From assembly GCF_009914755.1 (NCBI RefSeq), contig NC_060927.1: a DNA stretch of 64,000 nucleotides, one strand, 5' to 3'. A model generated the notes under the pieces. It did no database searches. It worked only from the letters and a program-made list of their open reading frames with translations, and was not told the DNA's origin. The DNA is from the human T2T-CHM13v2.0 reference genome, Homo sapiens. Position 1 is the first letter of the stretch; each line of letters begins with the position of its first letter. Both the position numbers and the translations under genes were made by a program. This document shows positions 47,996 to 63,150 of this stretch, piece after piece.

Positions 47996-48280
47996 GTGGG
48001 CATAGTGATGCACGTCTGCAGTTCCGACTACTTGGGAGGCTGAAGCGGGAGGATTGCTTGAGCCCAGGAGTTCCAGACCAGGCTGGGCAACATGGCAAAA
48101 CCGTGTGTCTACAAAAAAATACAAAAATTAGGCAGGAGTAGTGGCACACGCCTGTAGTCCCAGCTTCTCAGGAGGCTGAGGAAGGAGAATGACCTGAGCC
48201 TGGGAGGTAGAGGTTGCAGTGAGCCAACTGCACTCCAGCCTGGGTGACAGAGTGAGACCCTCTCTCAAAAAAGTAAAAAT
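47996..48280 (+). mobile_element. AluJ
   Basis: gggaggattgcttgagcccaggagttc; possible TSD aaaagtgcatggct / aaaggtacatggct. Confidence 0.88.
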
Positions 48281-49274
48281 TGTGTTTAAAAAGGTACATG
48301 GCTGGAAATGTCAATTTTTCAAAGTATTTTATATCAAAAATATAATTTATTTTAATGTTTTAAATATGAAATTATTTAAAAACTTTTCCACATTATTAAT
48401 GGTGAAATATAAAAACCTAAAAAAAAGACAGAACTTGTTCATTTTTAAGCACCAGATCTGTTTCCCTTACAGTAATTACTTTGATTTGTCTTATTTTGTC
48501 CTCCTGTTTCCCAAAATGCTTACATAGGTGTGCCTGGTTACAAGTCAAGTTGTTTATGTTATTCTAGTTTTTCAGACAAAGAGAAGTTTCTTTTATTTTT
48601 CATACTTTTATTAATATGTCAATGTACCACTAAAAATTCTAAAGAAAGACTGAACTAGAAAACAAATCTGAACCCATTATTGTCTGCAAATGAGAAAAAA
48701 ACACATGTATTTAAATTACCCGAAAAAGTGCTCATTTTGCTTCTTCAATTGGTATGATTCAGATATAGTGACGGAAGAAACTCTCTAAGAGCCATAATTG
48801 TATTTCTATTATACCATTTGGATGCTCTTAGCTGGTTGTATCTCAGGAGCCGCATCATGGCCATAGAACAGACTGTTTCCTGTGGAAAGCAGCATCACTG
48901 CAACATAGTTCTCCATAAAAAAAAAGAGACAAAGCACTGCCATGTTCACATTTTTGACATTTTCATTATTATCATAAGTTGCTTCCATTTTCAAAGTTGA
49001 ACATTCATCAGCGTAATCGTTATATCCAAAGCAAAAGAAATAACTATAGAACTCAAAATTTATTGTAGACATGTAACAACTGATTTAGGGGAGTCAGTAT
49101 TAAACCCAATTCTATTATCATACTTTTAGTTCCCATATTTTTGGTTTATACTGTATAGATGGGCAAATAAATTGACTAATTTTATCAACATGTAGCTTAT
49201 TGACTTATAAGTCAATAAATCCAAAAATTTAGATGAAAAGATATTCCTGAATGTGTATAGAAATTACAATTTCT

Positions 49275-49575
49275 GACTAGGCGCAGTGGCTTACGCCTGT
49301 AATCCCAGCACTTTCGAAGGCTGAGGCGGGCGGATCACGAGGTCAGGAGATGGAGACCATCCTGGCTAACACGGTGAAACCCCGTCTCTACTAAAAATAC
49401 AAAAAATTAGCCGGGCGTGGTGGCTGGCGCCTGCAGTCCCAGCGACTCGGGAGGCTGAGGCAGGAGAATGGGTGCGAACCCCAGAGGAGGAGCTTGCAGT
49501 GAGCCGAGATCGCGCCACTGCCCTCCAGCCTGGGGACAGAGCGAGACTCCGTCTCAGAAAAAAAAAAGAAAAGAA
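49275..49575 (+). mobile_element. AluY
   Basis: gatcacgaggtcaggagat..accatcctggctaacacgg; perfect 16-bp TSD agaaattacaatttct (49259-49274 / 49576-49591). Confidence 0.95.
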
Positions 49576-51530
49576 AGAAATTACAATTTCTATAGTAATC
49601 CATTCACATATTCGTTGAGTAAATTAGAGAACAAATGAATAAACTGAGTCCATCCCAGCTGTTTTGGGGGGAAACCAAACCAATGAGGAAGTAAGGCCTT
49701 AGTGAAGGATCATGGATGCCTATTTCAATATTACAGGTACTGAGAGAGAGAGAATATTCTTCCTTTATTTTAACTGTTGATATTTGTTGGTAGTATAATT
49801 TGAAGATGACTGATTTAAGAGTCAGAGACCTGGATGCCTATTGATTCAGCCATGTAATGCTGTGTAACCTGTTGCCATGTATTTAACCATTTTGGGTTCA
49901 AATTTCTTCATGGAAACTGTCCAACTTTCCTTGACTTACAACTTTATGGTGATTACCAAAAGCTGTAAGACACTGTTTTTTAAAAGCCACATTATAAACT
50001 AAAGAGCCTTATAAACAGATTTTTCTTATAAATATAAAGTTGAAGATTTTCTGGAGTTTGCCTCATTTGGATAAAATCTTATCCCCCAGTAGCTTGCTCC
50101 TTTTTGAATCTCTGGAATTTTCCATGTCTACACTCAAGAATAGTGAGTGGGAAATTTCCTTGAAGGGTTTAGAGATAACAGAGATAAAGAAGGAAAGTGT
50201 GCACCTGTCATAAGATCAGATGACTAAACTAAAACCATCATTCCAGATTGCCTATGGTCTCATGTACCCAAACCGGCATCAATAATATTCTGTGTATGTG
50301 TGTGTGTTTGTGCTCATGTGTGCTTCTATGCATATTTGTCTGAATTTTTGCCTTTATAATAAATGCTTATTATCCATTCACCAAAATATGCAAATCTTTA
50401 ACTCCCGAATAATCTACTACACGTAGAAACTATTCTGAGCCAATAGTGTATGTCTTAAAGAAAACTCCTCAAACAAAGAAAATAGATTTATGTTTACCCA
50501 CAGGACTGAAGAGCAGGAAGACATTATACCGGAGAAATAACCACCTTGTCCAAAGAACCAGTCTTAAAACGATACACGTTTTATGTTCTCATGTAGAAAT
50601 GATGGATGGTCCTCATTGTAAATGGGATCAGATGGCAATAAAAGGAAGCATATCTGATGGCTACAATATCAGGACCAATTAGATAAAATGAGACAGCAGT
50701 GCATAATGGACAGCACATATCTGTTGTTACAATACAAAGTGCTCCAAGGAGTTCAAGGACTACACAAGAAAGAGTAGGGGAATTTCACACTCATTGACTT
50801 TGCCTCTAATTGATATTTCAGCTGCAGAGATAGATAAACCTGCTTTCATGCTTAAGTAACAACACTCTCCAAAATATCTAAGTATCATGAGCAATTATGA
50901 TATACAAAGAAAGCAAATGTTATAATATCCGACTTTGTTTTCCAATGGTTAATTAAAAGAATACATGCTATTTCTTTTGCTGCGAAAGTACATTCAGTCT
51001 TGAAATATAAAATCAAATTTAGCAATACAAGTGGCAAGGAACTAATTTATGAACACCACATATAGGCACTCTTTTTATCTATTAAGAAATTGAGGACGTC
51101 AATGTTTAAGTACTACTGGGCTCCAGCAGCTGTGATTGTCTGTTAGTGTAATCAGCTATCTAATTATATTGGAATGGTGCAAAATTTTTTGTGTATTTCA
51201 CAGCTCAGTGATCAAGATACTCAAAATTAGACAGCACATTAGGGCTCTGATAATGAAAGTAATGTACTGTAATATTTTTGAAGGTAAGGGATTTTTTGGA
51301 AACTGATGTTAACTGATTTTAGTGTTAATCCATTTTTAGTTTCAAATATACCTATCTACTTTGCTATTGGAGAATTACAACTAAAAATAAATTAATGATC
51401 CTTTTTCAGTCAGCACATTTATTCCAACAGACTTTTCACTCTTAGTGTCTGCTTTTATAATTAGCCACAACACAATTAATAATACAATAACAAATTTTAT
51501 TGTATATATGGGGGAGGGAGAGAGAGAGAC

Positions 51531-51662
51531 TTTACTGCAATCTATATGAGATAAATACTACTATCACCTCGATTTCACAAATGAGAAACTGACACCAATA
51601 ATTTAATTAACTTTTCAAAGACCAAAAGCAAGTAAATTGTGAAGACATGATTCAAATGTAGG
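51531..51662 (-). mobile_element. MIR fragment
   Basis: atttcacaaatgagaaactgac...gattcaaat. Confidence 0.55.
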
Positions 51663-51840
51663 AAGGTTTTGCTACACACTAAACTTCTACAGGAACCTGG
51701 ATTTCACTGTTCATTAAAGCTCCAAATTTATATAAAGAAGAAAAATGTTGAATTGTACCCCTAAGTCTGCTTTCAAGTAAGTAATTTATCATCAAATTGT
51801 TATTTATTGTGCCTAATTTCAAAGAAGTTTTGAAATTTGA

Positions 51841-52085
51841 TAGACTTCAAAGTCTGTTGTACTTGAGTTTGAATTCTGACCTATCCTTGTCACTTACTGG
51901 ATGTGTGATTTGGGGTTAGTCACAGTTTCTTAGCCTCATTTCCTTATGTGTAAACAATAAGAAAAAATAACACTGTCCTTTCACCATTGTACGCATAATT
52001 AAGCAAAGATTAGTCTTATTATTTGCGATGTTCTTGGCAAAGAGACTGGAAAAATAGAAAAGGCCTAGTATATGGAACTATTAAC
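51841..52085 (+). mobile_element. MIR SINE
   Basis: gagtttgaattctgac...cacttactggatgtgtgatttggg...gcctcatttccttatgtgtaaa. Confidence 0.65.
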
Positions 52086-53014
52086 ATTAATATCATTGTT
52101 GCCATCATTATCACCCTCCTTTAACATGTATTCATTTAAAATAATTTGATAACTTTCCATAAGCATTTCATAAATATATAATGAATTGCTACTTTTATTG
52201 CTTTAGAGACTATAAGCCCTATCTGTTACATTGAGAAATATACTTTTAACCTGGCTTCTAAACAGTAGAATTTCATGATCCATTTGTAGAGAGGGACTAG
52301 AAACAAAGAATAAGTTATTTCTTCAGATATTTTATTTACATTAAAACTGTATATACACACAACCATCTATTCTTCAAGTGAGCTCAAAGCTGTGTAACAT
52401 GTTGTTATCTATTTGAATTCAATTCAACCCCTGATCAACTTTTGTGGTTGAGCTCATTAGTTGATCTGATCCTTTGGCTCCACCATCTTCTACAATAAGA
52501 AATCTAACAGCTTCTGCAATTAACCGTGCCTAAATATATTTAAGACAAACTGACATCTAGCAAAGAAACACTTTGTCTTTCATCCATCTTTGAGGAGTGA
52601 AGACTTGTGTGCAGGTATGCCCAACTCTACTTAACACCTTTAAAGAATATAATGCTTTATATGTAAAAAATATAATGCACCATGTTGCAGAGATCCTATT
52701 TAAAACAGAATTAATATTGAGATTACATTGTAAATATAGTAACAAAAGGCTAATTTCTTCTATTATTTAAAAAGTTTTTGCACAGACTCCTTTCACTTTA
52801 TTTTTTTCTTTTCTTCCTCTTTTTGTGAGGATACTTTATGTGCAAACTAGAGTCCTAAAAGTCCATTTACTTCAACAAACACTTACATAGTACCTGCTAA
52901 TAATATTAGCTACTACTAGTATCTATTCTGCATTAATTATACATTTCCATTTTCAAAGGATCCAGTAAGCTAAATATTATCTCCATTTAATAAACAAGGA
53001 AACTAAGACTAAAG

Positions 53015-53400
53015 ATATACAGTAAAAAAAGAGATAGAGCTTGCACTCAATAAAGCTTGCAATCTACTATGTTAGAAGATAGCCGTGAACACAAAGAGCT
53101 TAACACAAACCATGGCATAAGTACAAGTCATCTAAGTATGCTCAATGTACAAAAATCATTGAATGCACAGAAAGAAGAGCACATGATACAAGTTGGATAA
53201 AGCTGGGAGGAGCTGGCATTAGATGTAACTTGAAGAAGAACCAGTGAATATCTGAAAATGGGGAAAGGACTATTGAGGCAGAAGAAACAATTTGAGAAAA
53301 GGCACAAAGGTGTGAAAGTGTGTGGCATATTTGGAAATGAGTGTGTCATCTTGTGTGATTGTAGTACAGAATATTCGAGGAAGAAAACAGGTGAGACATC
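53015..53400 (-). mobile_element. L2 fragment
   Basis: gcttgcaatcta...gaggcagaagaaaca...aaaggcacaaaggtgtgaaagtgtgtggcatatttgg. Confidence 0.6.
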
Positions 53401-53410
53401 ATGGTTTAGA

Positions 53411-53538
53411 TCCGTTGCTCTCAAATTTTAGTACCACTCAGTAGTGACTCCCAGGTGGGCCCAAGAATTTTCACTTCTGACAAGTGCCCAGGTAACCCTA
53501 GCTCTTCTGTCTCAGAAAACACACTTAGAGAACTACTA
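53411..53538. mobile_element. MER5-type hAT fragment
   Basis: ctctcaaatttt...ggtgggcccaagaattt..acttctgacaagtgcccagg...cacacttagagaactactag. Confidence 0.6.
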
Positions 53539-54054
53539 GTTTAGAGGCATGTGAGTTGCTGATTTTCAATGTGGAACGTAAAAAGGTTTTATTGTTTGTA
53601 ATTCATAAAATGAGATGTTTAGTGTTGGCCTACAATGTTAAAATCATGTGATTTAAAAGGTAATTAACTATAGGCTTGAAGGGCCTGCCAAGAAAGGACT
53701 TTTTACAATGAAGTCTGGAGTTCATTTGACAATCTAACAGGATGCTTGCTCATAGCCCTCAGGATGAAAGCCCTGTTGAAATTGACATAAGAACAGGCTG
53801 TGGCTAGGAGCAATAGTTAAAGAAACCGTTGGAACCTTAGTTGTGGTAATACAACAACAATCCCCCCAAAATGAAGACTGGGGTAACAAAGCAACATTAG
53901 GTCACATATATGAAAGAAGACACCACTTAAGAAGAGACCAAAGAACTGTCTTTGAAGTGTCTCTCTTTGAAGACTACTGCAAAAGGTCATGAATTGGTAC
54001 ACAGCACAAGGGTATTGAGCAGAAGCTGACAGAGGGAGTTAAAATCTACCTCCA

Positions 54055-54367
<313 letters not shown>

Positions 54368-55062
54368 AAATCTACCTCTAATACTTTCACTCTCATATCT
54401 GATGCTGAAGCAGGGGTGTAGTTTTGCTGGCACAAAATAATAATTTGTCTGGACTGCACAACCCTTTCTAATTTATCTCCTCACTTCAGGAGTCTATATT
54501 TTTTCATTCAAACCTAGTAAGCCAAAGAATTGGGCAAAATTAGTTAGTTCTAAAATGTGGAGAAAAAGCAATCACCTTCATATTGATGGTACTGTAGAAG
54601 TAGGTTGCATGATCTTAAGGAAGTGGCCTAACTCTTCTGGGATATAGTTTCCTAAAACATGAATTAAAATAGTCAAAATAAGTAATTTCAAATACACTTT
54701 CATATCTGAAATCTGTCTTTTAGAATAAAGAAAAAACAATGTGAGTAATCATGAGTATTGACACAGGGAAGATCTGGGTTGAAAACCACTCACTTTCAGA
54801 ATGCTCACTTATTGAATGATTTTGGGTACACTATTTAATCTTTCAAAGTTTCAGGTGACTTTATTTGCAAAAAGAGAACAATAATCCTTACTTCATAAAA
54901 ACAGATAAAACTGAAGAACAAATTCCAATATAAATTTTTTTCAAGCCACTGAAGCAAAGCATTTTGCCCATTTTTTTTCGTTGTAAGGTAAATAACCCTA
55001 CAGAATGAAAATCCATACCAACTTCCATTTCAAATCTTCCCTTACCCAACCCTAAAAGGTGT

Positions 55063-55132
55063 AAATTGTTTTAAAAAGAAAGGTAAATGAAATTGCTTTA
55101 AAAAGAAAAGTAAGTGAAATTGCTTTAAAAAG
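55063..55132. repeat. 27-bp tandem repeat, ~2.6 copies
   Basis: aaattg(t/c)tttaaaaagaaa(g/a)gtaa(a/g)tg units at 55063, 55090, 55117. Confidence 0.8.
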
Positions 55133-55509
55133 GAAGGAAAGAAGAAATGAACGATGGAAAGAGATGGAAAAAACGAAGGAAGAAGGGAGGTAGGAATGAA
55201 AAGACACGTTTTAATTCTAGAAAAGAATTACTTTTCTTTAATCCAAAATGACTAAATCAAATAATGGCAGTACAAGAATATATAGAACATATGAAAAGTT
55301 ACATACTATAAAAATTACATTGTCAACAGTTCTATATGAAAAGTATGACTACAGAGGGAACAAACATTAAGCAGTACAAGAAATATTAATATTTAACAGC
55401 TATCTATATTTTTACATGTGCACTTTATAAAGAAGAAATTAATCATTAAGATGTCAAATTCTCCAGTGTCTTTAAAGGATGTGAAGCACCATACTGTTTT
55501 CTAAGAATG

Positions 55510-55660
55510 CAGATACAGTGTGGGTATTGAGGCTTAAAGCAAATTTTATTTGAATCTTGATTCCGGCACTTGTGTATTCCAGTAATGTGACTTTGAGCCA
55601 GGTATTTACACTCTCTCAACCTTAATTCCCTCATTTACCAAATGTAAATAATACTACCTG
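55510..55660 (+). mobile_element. MIR SINE
   Basis: tttgaatcttgattcc..cactt...tgtgactttgagc...ccctcatttaccaaatg. Confidence 0.6.
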
Positions 55661-57299
55661 CTTCTCTAATGGATCTGTGCTCACTACTCAAGTGACCACA
55701 TAACCAAGCATTTAAATACTTCAAGCCCAATTTCTGAGCTATCTCTGAGTGTTGTTTATTTTGGGGATTAACTGGGACAATGTATTTAAAATATCCGCAT
55801 ATATTAGTCTTTCAGTAAATATTAGCTTCATTAATACTAAAGAATTAACATGCAAGTGTGCAATTGACATGCAGTTAAAAATATTCCTATTTGAATACCA
55901 TAATTTGAGTCATTTTAGCACCCTAGGATTTTTGAATCTATCAAATTAATCTAAAATAGCTATTTTTTTCTTCAACAACTGATTAAGGTTGAGACATAAT
56001 AACAAATTAATTTTCTAGAAATTCTGTTACTTTCATGGGACAAAACAGAAAACATGATTACCTCAAGCATCACATTTTTTATAGAAGTCAACTCATATCA
56101 CCAGGCACTTCTGAATGCTTATCAATTTATCTCAGAAACTAAACACAATAACACAGGTAGTACCTACCTAAAATTCAAATGAAGGAGTCAGTTATCTATG
56201 TCTGGGTCCTGAACATGGTTTTTCAGAAATTCCAAGAAGGTGGTAATACCATACCACGTATCTTTTTATCATCTCACTCTCTAAAATTCCAAATTTTAAT
56301 GCTTCTTTCTTTAAGTGAAGAGCTAAGATTCCTACTATCATATTCACATACCCATGAAGGACATTGTGAAATGTAATCATTGGCTCTCCATGCTTATCCT
56401 CATTTTCAAACACGATTGTGACGAATTGCCTCCCCTGACATAGTCAATTTCATGATCTAGGTGACTTTTGCAGGCCTTGTTGGCTTCCTGTTTGAAATGA
56501 ATAAAAGGCAATAACACTGCTCAGGTTACAAATGAAATGTTTTTTTATTGACATATTTTATAACTAATATGTAGGTACATTACATAGATTTCAAAATGTA
56601 CAAAACAAAGTCAAAGAAGAAAATCAGTATCACCTTGTCCTACATGCATACAAGAAAGAAAAATAAATACCCTGCCATTTCCATATATCACAAATATTTT
56701 TTCTGGTAACTAAATACTTTTGTAAATAACTATTCTAATGAGTAATATATATTAACACATTCATCCTATAATTCATTTCAATAACCCAATTGTTGATGCC
56801 AATTTTTCAGTATTATAAATGTCATAACAATAAAGATATTTATAGACAAATAGATGGCAATTATGTAAAACCTTAAATAGCTTCCTAAGAAGAGAATTTC
56901 TGATCTAAAGTTAATAAAGCATTTATTTTTGGTAAGTGCTGTATTTTGTTTTTCAGGAAGTTTATACCAGGCAACAGTAAGTAACATCACTGTTTAAAAT
57001 ATTTCCAGTAATCTTGTTGTATACCTTAAAAAAATTCAATTTTTGTCAGTTGTAACTCAATAAAGCTGATGGAAAAAATAAAAATAGAAGACTTCTGATA
57101 AAATTTAATTTTAGTTCAATAGAAATATAATTAATGCATAGTCATTACAGAAAATTTAGAAAATACAGATGAAAATTAAAAATTTGAATAAATTTTGCCA
57201 TTCACAATTAGTGGCTGTATGTTTTTTCAGCAGAGCTTATGTATATATTAAATACACATTTTTAAAAAGGTAATACAAAGTTTCAAACTCCTCTCTTGA

Positions 57300-57629
<330 letters not shown>

Positions 57630-57769
57630 GCATTTTCTAATTTCTGAGTCTCTTTTTCTTCTTCCTTATTTCAGAGATTGGCTACTATCGACAATGTTGC
57701 TGTCATCAGAAACTCATGGGTATCACTCCAGACATTACCTTCTTTCTTTTGTCCAGCACCAGCAGCTTA

Positions 57770-58955
57770 CCAAGTCCTAAAAGATTCACTTGTAGAATAA
57801 TACTTGTAAGTTTCAGCTCCCCTCCAATCGTATTTCCTCTCTTGTTCACTTGTATTACCACAAATACCTTTCAGCAGGTCTTTTGACCGTCAATTTAGCC
57901 ATTTTATATTCCACATCCCAAGATCCTGTCAGAATTTTCTTCCCAATATTGAAATAACACCCTGTCACTCCTAGGATTATAATGACTCATTTAAGATAAA
58001 ATCCTAGTTTTTCTGTATAACACTGTTCCCCTTTACTTTTTCAGCTTCATTCATCTCTTGACATTATCTCAGATGTAGCTTGCCCTGAGGCAATGCCAAA
58101 CACTTGCTGTTCCTTGACTGTTTGCTGCTTTTCCATGAGTGGGTAAGTTCCATATTGGAAGCTTCATGTAGGGGCTCAGAGCTGGGGCTCTGGGTGAATA
58201 CTGCATATAGTTAATTCTTAGCTGTGTCAGCTGTTGGCTGTTGTCCTTGGGCAATTCACTTAACTTTTTTTTTTTTTTTTTTTTTTTCTGAGATGATAGA
58301 CTCTTGTTCTGTGGCCCTGGTTGGGCAGGTTCCAGAGATTCTCCCATCTCAGCCTCCCGAGTAGCTGGGACTACAGGTGTGCACCACCATGCCCAACTAA
58401 TTTTTGTATTTTTAGTAGAGGCGGGGTTTCACTATGTTAGCCAGGCTGGTCTTAAACCCCTGGCCTCAAGTGATCCACCCACTTCGGCCTCCCAAAGTGT
58501 TAGGATTACAGGCATGAGACACCACACCCGGCCTCACTTAAATGTTATATGTAACTTACGTTTTCTCACTTGTAAAATTAGGATAATAACAGTATTTGCC
58601 TCTACAATCATTAGAAGGATTCATTGTTATTGTTATTAACTAATAACTATGTCTATTAAATAAAGGCTTTCTGTTTTGCCTGCACGTTATATTGATTAAC
58701 TTGCACAGCTTACCTAACATTGAGATCTCTTCAAAACTTTTTTTTTTTCTGAAACTCAGCTGAGATGCATTCCTCTCTCCTTTTACCTTTGTCCCATCAT
58801 TTTCATCCAGTGTTGAAATTGTCTGTGTTTGTAACTCCTAAAGCAGACTAAGTTGTCTGAGAGTAGAAGTTGTCTTTCTCCTCTTTGTCGCCAGCATCGA
58901 GCAGAAAGCTTAAGCTATGTCCCAAATTGTTGTGCACTGGTATCTGTTTTATGAA
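57770..58955 (+). mobile_element. L2 fragments (~57770-58140 and ~58725-58955) flanking a MIR (~58170-58630)
   Basis: Pyrimidine-rich L2 motifs on both sides; MIR core ccttgggcaattcacttaa...ttctcacttgtaaaat. Confidence 0.5.
58265..58533 (-). mobile_element. Old Alu (Jb/Sz-like) with right-arm deletion, inserted in a MIR
   Basis: cctggcctcaagtgatcc; TSD tcacttaa (58256-58263 / 58534-58541). Confidence 0.88.
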
Positions 58956-61064
58956 TGAACAATATTTGATAAATGGTAATTTTGATTAAGATCTTATTCA
59001 CCACTTTTCTTTTTCTGTGCAATGTTTTCAAGACCTTAGTTAAATTTAAAATATATATATATAAATATATATATATAATATATAAAGGCCTAAGCTTCAC
59101 ATATTAAATTAAAAACATGTAATCTAATTTTAAAGGGAGACAGGGTCAAAATTTACTTTTATCTAGTATTTTATTGTAATATTTTCATGGAGAAAACAAA
59201 TAGCACATGTCATATAACAAATACAGTGCCAAGCAGGCACATTGACTGATTTTGTATGTTGTAACAATTGCAAGTAAACGCCATGAGAAGACGTGAAGAA
59301 AAAAGACATAGAACTTACTTTGCAGGATGCTTAGGGGTCTCTTTAGCTTCAGAAGACACATCCCCAAGATTCTTTAGGCACACCTGGAGATCTGTAACAA
59401 TGTATAATTCAGAGAATAAGCAAATTAAAACAATGTTGCATCCACTGTTATAAAGAAGACATAAATGGAAGCGTTATGACAGGAACTTTCAGCTCAGCAA
59501 TGAAATATTTTAGGATGATATTAGTCTTAATTCAAATTATAAAGACAGAGACAAACAAGGCTCTGAAAAGAGAAGGTGAAAAAAGTTAAGGGAGATGAAG
59601 AGAACACTCAAAGTCATAAAAGTAGAAATGAGATTGATATCACCAAAAAGAGGCTTTGTGGAGGACGTAAAGCAATTGGCAAATTCTTTTTCTCAGTCTG
59701 ATGGCGCAACAGGAAATGAAAAAAGGTATATACTACAGAGCATGGAAGGCTTTCACTACTGAAGTATTTAAGAATGAGTGAGGTAAAAGTACTTCATAAA
59801 TGAAGAAGTTACAAAATGCACTTATGCTTATAATACCACCAATGTTCCTATTAAGTTTCTAACAACAATAATAGTAAATGATAACATAATAGCATTACGA
59901 CTGATGATGATGAAAAATGATGAATATTATCATTATATTAGTAATCAAGGGGAAGCAAGATGAACAGACAAATGTAGATTTTTCTAGATTATGTTATTTA
60001 AATATTTCAGGTTTACTGAACACCTGGTTGTCTAATGTGAATTATTCCAAAGAACACGCTGTTCCTTTCCTAACAAAAAAAGCTTCAAAGGCAAATAAAT
60101 AATTTCCAATTCCTTTTTGGTCTCCAAGTCACTCTTTACACAAGAGGAATTTGATGAGTTAAGTGTAAATGTGTAAGAAACATGTGGATTGCATTTTGTT
60201 TAAAAACATACAAGGGTTTAAAAATTAAGGACGAAAAGTGTTTGGCATAATGCATTTTTGGTGAAGCCAAACCAGAAACATTTGAGACAGTTTCAGATTG
60301 TAGTGTGACCTTCAGCATTGCTTGTGTTTCTGGGTATTAAATGAATCTAAAAATAAACACTATCCTTAACTAGAACTGAAGCAATAAAACCTGTAGCAAG
60401 GTATGGACCTGAATGAAAAATTTTTTGAGGATTTACTGAATTTTTTTCTTTTTTCTAAAAAAAAATCTTCCAGTCTGAGAGTTCAAGCAAATGCCCACCA
60501 TATGTGTCATGCTTTGTGTCTATTGCCTTATTTCTTCCTAAGGTTTCTGGTTCACATAGAAGAGGAGACATCTGAATATGTATAAGAAAAATGTCAACCC
60601 TCCCCTAGTGGTAAGATTAATTTAACTACAACTTGTACTCTTCAGTGGGTTCAAATGTGTTCTGAGCTTGAGTCATTTTTGAATGCTTTTGGTCCATACT
60701 TTGTTCTAATTTCTCCCTATGTATTTGTTGAAAAGACACTTTTGGAGAATGACATTTTGTTTCTGTCCATAGGCAAGAATTATAAAACATAAATAGCTGG
60801 GTTATGTTGAGATTTATTGGTGGGTAAGTTAAGGTGATATGCACTATAACAGGCAACTGCCACTTTAACAGCCTGTAACAAGTGGAAAAAACAAGAAAAT
60901 GGAAATGCAAAATTATTGTTTTTATTTTTGTTGTGTGCTGCTGGCTTACCTGGTGCCTCTATTGAAGAATGGCATTTCAGTGGTTTTTGCTGTTCTACAA
61001 ATTCTCTCAGTCATCGCACATTACCTCCATCTCCTTCATGCCGTTTTCCAAGCACAAAGCACTG

Positions 61065-61108
61065 TGTATTAGTCCGTTTTCACACTGCTATAAAGAACTG
61101 CCTGAGAA
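61065..61108 (-). mobile_element. THE1D/MST LTR terminal stub
   Basis: tgtattagtccgttttcacactgctataaagaactgcctgaga. Confidence 0.75.
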
Positions 61109-61109
61109 T

Positions 61110-61942
<833 letters not shown>

Positions 61943-62260
61943 CTCTCAAATATGTTGTTCCTGAGTTATGCCCATTGCCTCCTCAGCTCCACCTGGCATG
62001 CTACTTACCTATGGCAATAGTGTACCTTCTGTATCACCTTCCAGTCCCTCCCTAATCCACACAAACATCTTGAAAAAAATTGCATTGTGTTCCTTACAGC
62101 CAAATACTCTTAATTAATTAATGTTTGAAAAAGAGAATACCTGGGAGAATCTCTTTGGTTTGACTGGAAAGAGCAATGTATCTTTTGGATAACTTGCCGT
62201 TATATATAAGATGTTCTTGTTTGATTTATGGCTATGGACATTTAAGAACAACATTTTAAA

Positions 62261-62378
62261 CTAGTGCATAGCAAACCTAAATATGCATATGTCACACCTA
62301 AGGTTCCTGTGAAATTGCAAATTCCGGTTCACTAGGTCTGGATTTGGGCTAAAAAGTCTTCATTTCTAGTAAGCTTTA
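62261..62378. mobile_element. MER5A fragment
   Basis: gtgaaattgcaaattcc..ttcactaggtctgg...catttctagtaagct. Confidence 0.5.
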
Positions 62379-62646
62379 ATTGCATTGTCATTTACTTTTT
62401 GTGTGACCTTGAGTAAATTACTTCGGTGTCCAAACCTAATTTTTTTCACCTGTAAAATTGATATTGTGCATATAAATGAGAACATGGATATAAGGGAAAC
62501 ACTGCTTTTTATGCTTTTCTATTACTGCAACTCAGATAACACCAACAAAGCAGCCCAGAAATGCAGGGACGAGCCACGGACAAATCACTCAATTAGCAGA
62601 TCTCAAGAACTGGTAGAAAGGTCTTAGGCTCTCGTTCTTTATTTAA

Positions 62647-62981
<335 letters not shown>

Positions 62982-62989
62982 ATCAACAT

Positions 62990-63150
62990 AGTTCTTTAGA
63001 GGGACTGAGGCCCATAGCAGATGGAATTCCAGTTGTTCTCAGTGGTAACAAGCTTTCCTCTTTTCTTAGTTTACTTTCCCCACCCCTCTGCTTCTGTTTC
63101 TTGGATGCTTTCAAATAAACTACCTTTTCATAAGTCCTTTTCTCAAACTA
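62990..63150 (+). mobile_element. LTR16-like ERVL LTR 3' part
   Basis: ccagttgttctcagtggtaac...actttccccaccc...caaataaactac. Confidence 0.45.

Noticed and set aside
48809-49072. 87-aa ORF and possible minus-strand exon 48815-48879
   Set aside because: Acceptor is reasonable but the donor (ATG|GTATAA) is weak and the peptide is unrecognised
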